From NCBI GenBank assembly GCA_038063915.1, contig JBBTUE010000004.1, positions 38,719-102,718 on the forward strand: DNA of 64,000 nt, read 5' to 3'. Of this stretch, positions 17,007 to 26,595 are shown one piece after another (the first letter of the stretch is position 1; the number at the start of each line of letters is the position of its first letter). The notes below the pieces were generated by a model. That model was not told where the DNA came from and made no database searches. It worked only from the letters and a program-made list of their open reading frames with translations. Source of the stretch: Patescibacteria group bacterium. GTDB lineage: Bacteria > Patescibacteriota > Minisyncoccia > Phycocordibacterales > UBA9973. A program made the translations under genes and the position numbers.

Positions 17007-17172
17007 CCCCACCCATATCAAATCAAAAAGAATCCCCCGCGAAATCAAATATGCATGGAGAGTGTGGTGGGCGAGGGCAGACGCGCGTAGTCGCGCGCGG
17101 CGGAGTTCATTGGTTCTCTTGGTCTTTCTGCTCGAAAAAGGTTCGCGCAAATGCTAGAATGAGAGGACAAGC
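17007..17172 (-). repeat. right copy of the 166-bp inverted repeat (partner at 9080-9245)
   Basis: 97% identical to the left copy in inverted orientation. Two of the five differences lie in one hairpin and preserve it: an A-U to G-U change and one loop change. Confidence 0.9.
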
Positions 17173-17271
17173 GAAGCTTGTCCAAGGCGGAGGCAGACGT
17201 GCCAAGCCGGGGTCGCGAGATTTTTCAGCAGAAAAATACTTGTGACGACAAGTAATGTTATAATTTAACTT

Positions 17272-17784
17272 ATGAATTCGGTAGATATGATAAAGATTAG
17301 TCGTGATAAAGGTTTCACACTTATAGAGCTTTTAGTTGTTGTCTCAATAATTAGTTTCCTATCCAGTGTCATATTTTCAACCTTAAACAATGCAAGAGTA
17401 AAAGCTCGAGATTCAGCAAGAATTCAAGATATGCATCAAATGCAACTTGCTTTAGAGCTTTATCGTTCGGCCAATGGAACTTATCCAGTAGGCGGATGGT
17501 TGTATAGTTATGATGCTAGTTGGAATACATTACAAACTGCCCTGACCCCCTATATGAAAACTTTACCAAAAGATCCAAAAAATAGTGCGATTGATCCATG
17601 GTGGACTGGTAATTACACCTATGCATATTATTTTGGTGGTGCATCAAGTTACGATTTAGTGACCCAACTAGAAGATCAAAATAATAAATATAGATGTGAA
17701 CTTAAGCAGTGGATGTTTTATAATGCTGGATCTTCTTGGTGTAGTATAGGTTATAGTAATTATATTTATACAGGCCACCAGTAG
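17272..17784 (+). CDS. type IV pilin-like protein (prepilin-type N-terminal cleavage/methylation domain)
   Basis: KGFTLIELLVVVSIISFLSSVIF class-III signal peptide. Confidence 0.8.
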   Translation: MNSVDMIKISRDKGFTLIELLVVVSIISFLSSVIFSTLNNARVKARDSARIQDMHQMQLALELYRSANGTYPVGGWLYSYDASWNTLQTALTPYMKTLPKDPKNSAIDPWWTGNYTYAYYFGGASSYDLVTQLEDQNNKYRCELKQWMFYNAGSSWCSIGYSNYIYTGHQ

Positions 17785-17795
17785 TATTAATTAAT

Positions 17796-20024
17796 TTACT
17801 CAAAATGTAAATCTAAATTTTTATCGGCAAGGGTTTTTTCAAGTAGGGGAAGGGAGGCGAGAGTGGAATCTTTTTCTATAAGTTTAATTGCTTCAGTTCG
17901 CGCAGCCTCTACCATTTTAATATTTTTTATCGCTTCCATGCCAAGATCGGTGATGCCCCATTGCTTATCTCCAGAGAGTAGCCCTGCACCACGTAAAGAA
18001 AGATCTAGTTCTGCGAGCTCAAATCCACTACTGGCTTTCACCAATGCTTTCAACCTATCTACAGTTTTATCAGTCTTCGCATCAGCAAATAAGTAACAGT
18101 ATGATTGATGAGTACTTCGGATAACACGTCCTCGGAGCTGGTGAAGCTGTGCCAACCCAAAGCGCTCGGCGCCTTCTATAATGATAGATGTAGCATTCGG
18201 AACATTTACTCCTACTTCGATAACAGATGTTGAAACAAGGATGTCTATCTCATGGTCTTTGAATTCTTGCATGATATCTTCCTTTTTTTGTTTAGTCATC
18301 TTTGAGTGCATGACACCAATGCGATATTTAGGAAAAACTTCTTTCGCAAGACGCTTTGCTTCAGCAAGAACTGATTTTGCTATCACAGCTAGCTCCTTAT
18401 CTGGATCGGGTTCATTTATGCGCGGACAAATCACATATACTTGCCTGCCATTTTCTAATTCAAGCCGGACTTTTTCATAGGCCTCTTCTCTTTTGTTTGG
18501 TGACACAATTTCTGTAACAACTTGTTTACGACCAGCGGGCATCTCGTCAATAATACTTAGATCTAGATCACCATAAATGGTTAGTGCAAGTGTCCTAGGG
18601 ATAGGAGTCGCAGTCATAGAAAGGTAATGCGGGGCGTGGCCTTCTTTCTTGGCAAGTTTCATACGCTGATTAGTACCAAAGCGATGCTGTTCGTCTATTA
18701 TTACTAGTCCTAAGTCTTCAAATTCTACAGTCTTGGATATTAGGGCGTGAGTACCTATGACTATTGGTATCTCGCCGTTCTTTACCCATTTGAGGAGTTG
18801 GTTCCTTGAAATCGGAGTCCAAGTTCGGACTTGCTTTCCATTTTCGAAGTGGGCGCTCTTACTTGGGAATTTTCGACAGCCACTGCCTGTAATAAGGCCG
18901 ATGGATATGCCAGTGTGATCAAAGTATTCTATAAAACTCTCATAAAGTTGGGTGGCGAGAACTTCAGTCGGAGCCATGTAAGCAACTTGTAAATTACCGA
19001 AATTCTGCCCTGTCGGTCTATTTTTTATTACTGCATAAGCAACTGTTGCGGCGACAAATGTCTTGCCACTACCGACGTCGCCCTCGATAAGTCGGGACAT
19101 CGGTTTATCTTTTTTAAAATCATCCAAAATAGTGCGAATAACATCACTCTGCGCTTTTGTTGGAGTGAAGGGAAAGCGAGAGATGAAATCTTTAATATCT
19201 GTCTCTGGGATTTTAAGCTTATAGGAAAATAGTTCCTCGTACGCTTTACGTTCCTGCTGGCGTGCAAGCTGGATGAAAAATACTTCCTCGAAAGCGAAAC
19301 GCTTGCGAGCAATCTCGGAATGCTCGGCCTTTTGTGGCATATGTATCCACACAAGGGCCGTATGGAGGGCTGGTAATTTATATCTAGAGATAATATCAGT
19401 GGGTAAGTAATCAACAATATCTTTGGTACAACTTTGTTTGAGTATCTTCTCTACAGCGTGATATATCCATTTCGAAGTTATTCCTCTCGATTCTCCATAA
19501 ATTGGATATCCAAACTGGTGCCCCCGCTCACCTTTTTTAAAAAGTGAATCGTGAATATCAATTGGCAGTATATCCTCGGGATTTATCTCTGGATTCGTTA
19601 GGGTTAGTCCATAAGTTTTATGGTTGGATATTTTCCCAGTGACTCTGACTGTAGAGCCTTCCTTTAGCATTTTTGCTAAATATGGCTGATGAAACCAAAT
19701 GATATTGATTGAACCAGTTAAATCAGAGAGCAGTGCCTGGCCCATAGGTATTTTACTCTTCCAACCTTTCTTGGCTTTAAGTTTAGAAATTGTACCTAAA
19801 ATTGTGGATGTCTCACCCTCTATAAGGTCACTAATATTTTTTACCTCCGATATATCTGTATATCTAGAGGGGAAGTAATAAAGTAAATCACGAATAGTAT
19901 GAAGTCCTAGTCGCGCCAGAGCTCTCTTTTGGTTGGTGTCAATTCTAAACTGTGTTTCAAGTTTATCGTGGAGCTGCATAGTTTGAAGATGGAGGTTTAC
20001 TACCTCCATACATGACAATACCAC
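17796..20024 (-). CDS. recG: ATP-dependent DNA helicase RecG
   Basis: N-terminal wedge/OB region, helicase motifs GDVGSGKTFVAA and DEQHRFG, C-terminal helicase domain; ~740 aa. Confidence 0.85.
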   Translation of the reverse strand: MVLSCMEVVNLHLQTMQLHDKLETQFRIDTNQKRALARLGLHTIRDLLYYFPSRYTDISEVKNISDLIEGETSTILGTISKLKAKKGWKSKIPMGQALLSDLTGSINIIWFHQPYLAKMLKEGSTVRVTGKISNHKTYGLTLTNPEINPEDILPIDIHDSLFKKGERGHQFGYPIYGESRGITSKWIYHAVEKILKQSCTKDIVDYLPTDIISRYKLPALHTALVWIHMPQKAEHSEIARKRFAFEEVFFIQLARQQERKAYEELFSYKLKIPETDIKDFISRFPFTPTKAQSDVIRTILDDFKKDKPMSRLIEGDVGSGKTFVAATVAYAVIKNRPTGQNFGNLQVAYMAPTEVLATQLYESFIEYFDHTGISIGLITGSGCRKFPSKSAHFENGKQVRTWTPISRNQLLKWVKNGEIPIVIGTHALISKTVEFEDLGLVIIDEQHRFGTNQRMKLAKKEGHAPHYLSMTATPIPRTLALTIYGDLDLSIIDEMPAGRKQVVTEIVSPNKREEAYEKVRLELENGRQVYVICPRINEPDPDKELAVIAKSVLAEAKRLAKEVFPKYRIGVMHSKMTKQKKEDIMQEFKDHEIDILVSTSVIEVGVNVPNATSIIIEGAERFGLAQLHQLRGRVIRSTHQSYCYLFADAKTDKTVDRLKALVKASSGFELAELDLSLRGAGLLSGDKQWGITDLGMEAIKNIKMVEAARTEAIKLIEKDSTLASLPLLEKTLADKNLDLHFE

Positions 20025-20097
20025 CTATAGCTATGAGTACGATTAGGAGTATTATCGCTCTTGTGTTCTCGGTCATCTTCATATACTGGAGTAAATA

Positions 20098-20463
20098 CTA
20101 ATTTAGTATTTTATTTATTCGCTCTATGAGCTCATCTAGAGTGAAGTTAGACTTGACCATAAAATCTGTTGCTCCCAGTTCTTGTGCCTTTTTTATATCT
20201 TTTTCTTCAGATAAATTAGAAAATACTATGACTGGGATTTTTTTAAGATGCTCAGTCTCCCTAACTTTTTTTAGTATTTCAAAGCCGTCAAATTTTGGGA
20301 GAATAATATCAAGCAGGATTAAATCAATACCCACTTCTAGTATCATATCCATGCCTTCTTCTCCAGTAGAAGCTGCGATAACTTCGTACTTGTCTTTTTT
20401 GAGTTTACTAACTTCCAAACCTTGGAGGAAACTATCATCTTCTATTACGAGTACTTTCTTCAT
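20098..20463 (-). CDS. single-domain response regulator (CheY-like receiver)
   Basis: VLVIEDD...LILLDIILPKFDGFEIL...K; receiver domain only. Confidence 0.85.
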   Translation of the reverse strand: MKKVLVIEDDSFLQGLEVSKLKKDKYEVIAASTGEEGMDMILEVGIDLILLDIILPKFDGFEILKKVRETEHLKKIPVIVFSNLSEEKDIKKAQELGATDFMVKSNFTLDELIERINKILN

Positions 20464-20485
20464 GGGTATAATTATAACATAAGCA

Positions 20486-21253
20486 TTAATTTATAGGTAA
20501 TGTAACAAAGAATGTCGTACCAGGACTTTCTCCACCAGAGGCGGATCCGCCTTCGGAGGAAAACCATATCTTACCCTTATGGTGTTCGACTATATTCTTT
20601 GCAGTGAATAGCCCAAGGCCCGAGCCGATACTCTCCTTTTTTATTGCATTCGTGGCTCGGAAAAATTTATTGAATATATTGCCTTGATTCTCTTTACTTA
20701 TACCTATTCCATTGTCATGAATAGAAATCTCAATTTCGTTGCTCTCCTTCTTGTGCCTAAGCGACATCACGATCTTGCCGTGTGGCTGGCTATACTTGAT
20801 AGCATTTTCTACTAAGTTTTGGATTACAACCCTCATCATTTCCGTATCGCAGTTTATTTCAGGCAGCCCATCTTCTGGTTTTAGTAACGTCAGCTCAATA
20901 CCTTTATTAAATGTTTCGCCTGAGAATTCAAATAGTATCTGCTCTATAATTTTGAGTAAGTTTATCTTCTCTAGCTTAGGTTCCATATTCATCTCACCAG
21001 TATGATTTAGAGTAAGTAAATTATTCACAAGGGTGATCATGTGTTCATTGCTGTCGAATGCCTTTTTTATAAATCCTTCTTGCTCGACGGTGAGCTTGCC
21101 TAAATCTTTATCTATTAACATTTTGAGAATCCACTTTAACGCTGAGAGTGACGTGCGAAGCTGATGCGCTGAAATAGAAACAAGATTTGCCTTATCAGCG
21201 TTTATCTTTTTTAATTTTTCATTTTCTACTTTTAATTTACTTATCTCGTCCAT
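20486..21253 (-). CDS. sensor histidine kinase, cytoplasmic (HisKA + HATPase_c)
   Basis: H-box SAHQLRTSLSAL, G-boxes DNGIGI and GSGLGL; no TM segments. Confidence 0.85.
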   Translation of the reverse strand: MDEISKLKVENEKLKKINADKANLVSISAHQLRTSLSALKWILKMLIDKDLGKLTVEQEGFIKKAFDSNEHMITLVNNLLTLNHTGEMNMEPKLEKINLLKIIEQILFEFSGETFNKGIELTLLKPEDGLPEINCDTEMMRVVIQNLVENAIKYSQPHGKIVMSLRHKKESNEIEISIHDNGIGISKENQGNIFNKFFRATNAIKKESIGSGLGLFTAKNIVEHHKGKIWFSSEGGSASGGESPGTTFFVTLPIN

Positions 21254-21281
21254 ACTATATAAGTATAGCAGAGTTTTACTG

Positions 21282-21367
21282 CGGAAGCGGTGAGATTCGA
21301 ACTCACGGTCCTTTTTGGGGACGACGGTTTAGTAAACCGTTGATTTAAACCACTCATCCACGCTTCC
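21282..21367 (-). tRNA. type-II (long variable arm) tRNA, Ser-like (G73), apparent anticodon ACU
   Basis: Minus-strand fold: ggaagcg-tg-gatg-agtggtttaa-atc-a-acggt-TTACTAA-accgt-cgtccccaaaaaggacc-gtgag-ttcgaat-ctcac-cgcttcc-g. The anticodon loop places ACT at positions 34-36. Confidence 0.65.
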
Positions 21368-21448
21368 AGTTATCACATACTAGCACAATATTATTTAAAT
21401 AAAAAAAGACTTTTTGGGTAAAAGAAGTAAATATGATAAGGTATCTAC

Positions 21449-21538
21449 GGAGACGTGTCGGAGTGGTCTAACGTACCTCCTTGCTAAGGAGGCAGGCTTT
21501 AATCGGCCTCGTGGGTTCAAATCCCACCGTCTCCGCCA
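21449..21538 (+). tRNA. tRNA-Ser (anticodon GCU), CCA encoded
   Basis: ggagacg...cctcc-ttGCTaa-ggagg-long variable arm-tggg-ttcaaat-ccca-cgtctcc-g-cca; close to E. coli tRNA-Ser. Confidence 0.85.
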
Positions 21539-21557
21539 AAATCTAAACAACAGAGCT

Positions 21558-22151
21558 CTATTTTTTTAGAGTTTTACTATTCTTGAGATCGTTAATTTCT
21601 CTTTCTAATTCTCCTATATGGATTTCTAGTTTCTGTGCTTTCGAAGACAATCTGTCTTCGATGCTCTTCGATTGTTTTCTTAAAGATTCTGCTACTACCA
21701 TCATATCGGTGACATCTTCTATGGCAAGAACTATTATAGATGGATGAGGTTCCTTGCCGTCTTCATCTGTGACATAAATCTGACGACCATTTAGAATCAT
21801 TACTCTACGTCCAATGTCAGGGAACTCATGGGCAACTTGGAAGCCTTTGAAAAATGTTTGTTTGGGTAAAATGTTTTCAAGGAGTGTCCTTAACTCTGGT
21901 ATATTCCACTGACCATTACCAAGTCCATATACTACTTTTCCTTCAGTGTCTTCAAGTTCAGCAGAGAAAGTGTTATAGAAAGCATCATTTGCTGCTAACA
22001 CATGAAACTCTTCATCTAAGATTAATACCGGTTCCCGTACTACATCTACTACGGTTTTTATGTATGTCCAGCTTTTCTCCCAAAATCGCCCAAAGAAATC
22101 AGCCTCGCTTGTTTTAGGACTTTTACCCACATACTCTTTAATTTTAATCAT
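21558..22151 (-). CDS. PAS-domain protein with C-terminal coiled coil
   Basis: PAS-like core VLILDEEFHVLAANDAFYNTF...GRQIYV; next to the HK/RR pair. Confidence 0.5.
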   Translation of the reverse strand: MIKIKEYVGKSPKTSEADFFGRFWEKSWTYIKTVVDVVREPVLILDEEFHVLAANDAFYNTFSAELEDTEGKVVYGLGNGQWNIPELRTLLENILPKQTFFKGFQVAHEFPDIGRRVMILNGRQIYVTDEDGKEPHPSIIVLAIEDVTDMMVVAESLRKQSKSIEDRLSSKAQKLEIHIGELEREINDLKNSKTLKK

Positions 22152-22256
22152 TAGATAAGCTTAGCACAATGCAAGTTATAATGTGCAACATGTAACCCAA
22201 TACTGTGTTCCAATATAAATCAAATAATCATTATTATGGTATGTTATTATTAAATT

Positions 22257-22826
22257 ATGTCAAAAATCTTAGTCGCAATTGCAGTCATATTTGCAATCAT
22301 TGGCAACGTACCTTATTTACGTGATGTTATAAAAGGGAAAGTAAAGCCACATCCGTACACATGGTTTGTATGGTCTATTGTCTCAGCAGTTACATTCTTC
22401 GGACAAGTTGTAAAAGGCGCTGGTATTGGGGCAATACCTACAGGGGTATCTGAGATATTTACAGTTATTATTTTCTTTTTCTCACTCCGATATGGGTTTA
22501 AAAATATTGTGAGACGAGACACTTATTTTCTAATATTTGCTTTGCTCGGATTAATTCCTTGGATATTAACTAAGGATCCGACCATATCTGTAATTATAGT
22601 TGTTAGTATTGACCTTATCGCTTTTATTCCCACACTTCGTAAAACTTATTATTATCCAAGTACCGAGAAACCATTACTCTATAGTATGAATGTCTCACGT
22701 CATATTTTGACCCTATTTTCCTTACAGGCATATAATATAGTAACCACTCTGCACTCTATAGTAATGATAATTATAAACTCATTTATGACTTTCTTCTTAC
22801 TTAAACATAGAGAAAATAGAGGATAA
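22257..22826 (+). CDS. integral membrane protein, hypothetical
   Basis: Five to six predicted TM helices. Confidence 0.4.
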   Translation: MSKILVAIAVIFAIIGNVPYLRDVIKGKVKPHPYTWFVWSIVSAVTFFGQVVKGAGIGAIPTGVSEIFTVIIFFFSLRYGFKNIVRRDTYFLIFALLGLIPWILTKDPTISVIIVVSIDLIAFIPTLRKTYYYPSTEKPLLYSMNVSRHILTLFSLQAYNIVTTLHSIVMIIINSFMTFFLLKHRENRG

Positions 22827-22887
22827 GATTACCTATTAACTTCTAAAAGGTGTATAATATATCTATTATAAATATAATTTATTATAT

Positions 22888-23277
22888 ATGACTAATGACA
22901 AAAAGTTCGAATGGTTACTACGTATAGGGGTAGCAGGAGAATTTATTGGACACGGTATGCTTGCCATACTAGGTAAAGCTGATTGGATAGGTTGGATAAG
23001 TAAAATGCTCGGAGTAGATACACCGACTGCGACTACACTCCTTCTTTTAATAGGAATCTCTGATGTTATCGTCGCATTAATTGTATTATTTAGACCAGTC
23101 AAACCCATACTACTTTGGGCTACACTTTGGGGATTCTGGACAGCATTAGTCAGGCCTCTAGTGGCAAGCCCTGCTTTTGGTGGCACGTCTACGCTCGATT
23201 TTATAGAAAGATTTGCAAACTGGGCTGCACCACTTGCGCTCTATTACTATTATTTATATCAAAGCAGGAAGAATTAA
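22888..23277 (+). CDS. membrane protein, hypothetical (DoxX-like topology)
   Basis: Three to four predicted TM helices. Confidence 0.4.
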   Translation: MTNDKKFEWLLRIGVAGEFIGHGMLAILGKADWIGWISKMLGVDTPTATTLLLLIGISDVIVALIVLFRPVKPILLWATLWGFWTALVRPLVASPAFGGTSTLDFIERFANWAAPLALYYYYLYQSRKN

Positions 23278-23287
23278 TTAAAATTTT

Positions 23288-23458
23288 ATGACATTCATAC
23301 AAACATTACTACAAACTATTTGGGCTTCGATTCTTGTGCTAGGCTGGGTTAAGGTTGTGATAGCGGTAGTCATCATAGCATTACTTTCTCGTGCTCAACC
23401 CCTACTCGGCCTTTTAGGTACTGCAATTTTCATCGCATACTTGGCGCACTGGATTTAA
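23288..23458 (+). CDS. small membrane protein (56 aa), hypothetical
   Basis: MTFIQTLLQTIWASILVLGWVKVVIAVVIIALLSRAQPLLGLLGTAIFIAYLAHWI; below the ORF-track cutoff. Confidence 0.3.
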   Translation: MTFIQTLLQTIWASILVLGWVKVVIAVVIIALLSRAQPLLGLLGTAIFIAYLAHWI

Positions 23459-23475
23459 AATTAGATATATAAAAA

Positions 23476-23506
23476 ATGAGTTGCCTGTGACAGCAACTCA
23501 TTTTTA
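23476..23506. terminator. bidirectional rho-independent terminator
   Basis: atgagttgc-ctgtgaca-gcaactcat (9-bp stem), flanked by an A-run and a T-run between convergent genes. Confidence 0.7.
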
Positions 23507-23524
23507 TTATTTAGGTTAAGGAAT

Positions 23525-24043
23525 TTAATCCCAGATTTTTTTCTTCAAATCGTTTGGGCCAAACCCGCGGGGAAGGAGCTCACTTATTTTCCATATCTCT
23601 ACTTTGGTCATTTTCGTGTCTGCGATAATGACCTCTGTGTCAACTCCAGATAAATGAAATACTTCAAAAATCTCCTGTCTGCATCCACCACACGGGGCAG
23701 TAGGTTCAATGGTGTTACCTTTTCCGTCTTCTGTGTAGGCAATAACCGCAATTGCTACGATATCCTTTATTCGTCCTTCAGAGTTCGCTTTTACTATTGC
23801 GGACCTTTCAGCGCATGTGCCTAAAGGATAGGCTGCGTTCTCAACATTTGATGCAGATATAATGTCGCCATTTTTCATTCGAATAGCGGCACCAACAAAA
23901 AAATGAGAATAGGGCGCATGGGCTTTCATTGCTGCATCCAGTGCTTCAAATAAGAGAGTTCTCTCTTCTGTTGTCAGAGTATGATATTCTTTCGTTATCA
24001 TAATAGGTGTTTTTGATGATTGAATGTCGAAGTTTTTCTTCAA
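23525..24043 (-). CDS. cdd: cytidine deaminase
   Basis: Zinc motifs CAERSAI and PCGGCRQ. Confidence 0.85.
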   Translation of the reverse strand: MKKNFDIQSSKTPIMITKEYHTLTTEERTLLFEALDAAMKAHAPYSHFFVGAAIRMKNGDIISASNVENAAYPLGTCAERSAIVKANSEGRIKDIVAIAVIAYTEDGKGNTIEPTAPCGGCRQEIFEVFHLSGVDTEVIIADTKMTKVEIWKISELLPRGFGPNDLKKKIWD

Positions 24044-24159
24044 TCTATGCTTTTTGTAGATTTTGTCAATGTCTTACTTATCCAAATACTAACCTTGACT
24101 TCACCCCAGATTATGGTTAAGGTAAAGAAAAATCTGTTTAAAAAATAAAAAGAACAACC

Positions 24160-24939
24160 ATGAAAAAGCCTTCTAAAGCCAAAGCATCTCTTCAGCCCAA
24201 AGCGCCGACTCCGCACATAGGTGCGAAGAAAGGGGAGATAGCACCCCTTGTACTACTATCCGGCGACCCAGTTCGTACCGAATGGATCGCAAAGACATTT
24301 TTAAAAAATGTTAGATGTGTCACAAAAGTCCGGGGTCTGCTTGGATTCACCGGCACATATAATGGAGTATTGGTAACAATTATGACGAGCGGTATGGGTC
24401 AGCCGACACTTGGCATTATTGTAACAGAATTGATTACTGTCTATGATGTGAAGAAAATAATCCGGGTTGGCTCTGCTGGTTCACTGCAAGCGCATATAAA
24501 AAAGATGGACATAGTAATTGCAACAGGGGCCAGTACCGATTCCGGTATGAATAACGCCAGATTCCCTTTTTGCCATTTTGCACCAATTGCAGATCCATCT
24601 TAAACGAGGAAGTCTGAGGATGTAGCCAGCAGACTCGGTATAAAAGTTTACGTAGGTGGGATATTGGCCGGTGATAAATTTTATCCTGATATGGATCCCA
24701 CGACTCTGAAATGGAATTGGGGTTCGTGGAAAATTTTTGCCGAGTATGGAGTTCTGGCCGTAGAAATGGAAAGTTCAGAGCTTTTCACCCTGGCTGCCTT
24801 GCATGGGATACAGGCACTGACCCTTCTGACAATAAGCGATACGCTGGCGAGGAAAAGTAAACCTCTCACAAGTGAGCAAAGGGCAAGTTCTTTTGGAAAA
24901 ATGATAAAAATTGCCCTCAGAACTATTACTGGACGATAG
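24160..24939 (+). pseudogene. deoD: purine nucleoside phosphorylase DeoD-type, interrupted by one in-frame TAA (24601-24603); ORFs 24160-24603 and 24664-24939 are in the same frame
   Basis: The N-terminal part HIGAKKGEIAPLVLLSGDPVRTEWIAKTF...IIRVGSAGSL and the C-terminal part GVLAVEMESSELFTLAALHGIQALTLLTISD together make a full DeoD. The sense codons 24604-24663 (TRKSEDVASRLGIKVYVGGI) align gap-free to the E. coli DeoD region [25 protein letters not shown]. The stop replaces exactly one residue. Confidence 0.6.
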
Positions 24940-25240
24940 AGTTTCATATAATAGTAAAAATAAAAAGGCAGAGCTCTTGAATGAGACTGCCTTTTTTGAT
25001 GCTTGGTTTACGGTGATATTTGTTATAATATCTAAATATGGAAGGAATTGAATTTGAGAAAGAGGTCTCTAGACCATCTATGTTTATCAAACAAGAGCCA
25101 CCCAAACAGTCATGGGTAATAAGATTAGTTATGAAAATCTCAGGTGGACACATTAAAACCGAGGAACAAGCCTCAAAGGTTTTAATAATAGCTACCATTA
25201 TATTTTTCTTATTATCAATTTATAATTTCTTTTTCTAATA

Positions 25241-25777
25241 ATGAAAAGACCTAATAAAACTAGAAGTGGTTTTACGCTCATAGAACTTATGGTGGTGATA
25301 TCTGTCATCACTTTTATGTCTAGTGTTGTATTCTCGGCACTCGGCAATGCACGAGCCAAAGCCAAAGATTCTGTTATAAGACAAGAAGTTTTACAACTCG
25401 CCAATCTATTAGAGCTAGAGTATCTTAATACAAGAAGTTATGCAGGAGGGTGGACATGGTTAGATTGGGTTAATACTACTGGTGGGACTAGTGGTACAGC
25501 CAACGATTGTAATTATAGTGCGTGGTTTACTTCAGTAACTTACGGGTCAAAAATGAGAGAAATATGTGACAAAATAGTTAAAAATGAAACTGGTTCTAAT
25601 CTTTTATTAATTTGGCCCACCAACGCCGACAATTCTCAGGTTGGTACCTATAGAATCATGGTCAAACTTCCAAGTAATGGCGCTTATTATGTCTGCAAAG
25701 GAAATAATGGAAAAAGCTCAGTAGGTGATCCATCTGGATGGACTGCACCGGGGTGTTATTTAGATCTTTCTCAATAA
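25241..25777 (+). CDS. type IV pilin-like protein
   Basis: SGFTLIELMVVISVITFMSSVVF prepilin N-terminal domain. Confidence 0.8.
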   Translation: MKRPNKTRSGFTLIELMVVISVITFMSSVVFSALGNARAKAKDSVIRQEVLQLANLLELEYLNTRSYAGGWTWLDWVNTTGGTSGTANDCNYSAWFTSVTYGSKMREICDKIVKNETGSNLLLIWPTNADNSQVGTYRIMVKLPSNGAYYVCKGNNGKSSVGDPSGWTAPGCYLDLSQ

Positions 25778-25835
25778 CTTTCCTTAAATATCTCAGCATC
25801 CTACTGTAATATTAAAATAATGTTATAATCAAATT

Positions 25836-26279
25836 ATGAATTTCAGAAAAACTGATACTGAACTCATTCATTTTTTTCGTCGCATATCCGTGCCGATAGC
25901 TCGGTTTGGATTATTTGTAGTTTTTTTCTGGTTCGGATTATTGAAAGTCATTGGGCTTTCACCTGCAAGTGGTTTAGTGCAAGCCTTATTTGAAAATACT
26001 GTCCACTTTATGTCGTTCCCGACCTTCTTAGTACTTTTTGGATTATTTGAAATGCTTATCGGTATACTCTTTTTGATTCATGGTGCTGAACGCGTAGTCA
26101 TCCCACTTCTTTTTATACATATGATCACGACATTTATGCCACTTTTTCTCCTTCCCCAAGTCACCTGGTCTGGTTTTATGACCCCAACTCTTGAAGGTCA
26201 ATATATTATAAAGAATTTAGCATTAATCGCAGCAGCGGTCGGTATTGCTTCTCATCTACATCCACTACACAAAAGATAA
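25836..26279 (+). CDS. membrane protein, hypothetical
   Basis: Four predicted TM helices. Confidence 0.4.
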   Translation: MNFRKTDTELIHFFRRISVPIARFGLFVVFFWFGLLKVIGLSPASGLVQALFENTVHFMSFPTFLVLFGLFEMLIGILFLIHGAERVVIPLLFIHMITTFMPLFLLPQVTWSGFMTPTLEGQYIIKNLALIAAAVGIASHLHPLHKR

Positions 26280-26595
26280 TATGCAAACAAAGTTAAATAA
26301 ATATTGGATTATAATAGCCTTAATAATAATAGTGAATGTTTCTATTTTTTTGTTTTTCTCTAGCCATCTAGAGAGCTTTGTGGCAGATTATACCGCTTCT
26401 GTAGATACTAGAAGTGGGCTCTAATTATATAGTTTGCTATTTAAAAAGATGGTATAATGGCTACATGGGTCGTTTATTAAACTCATATTTATAAATGTTA
26501 TGATAAGAGGAACTGACCATTAAAAGGTGGTTTTCACCCACGAAAGAGACAGAATGGAGAAATCTATTGCTGTCTCTTTGTGTATAATGTAACTA

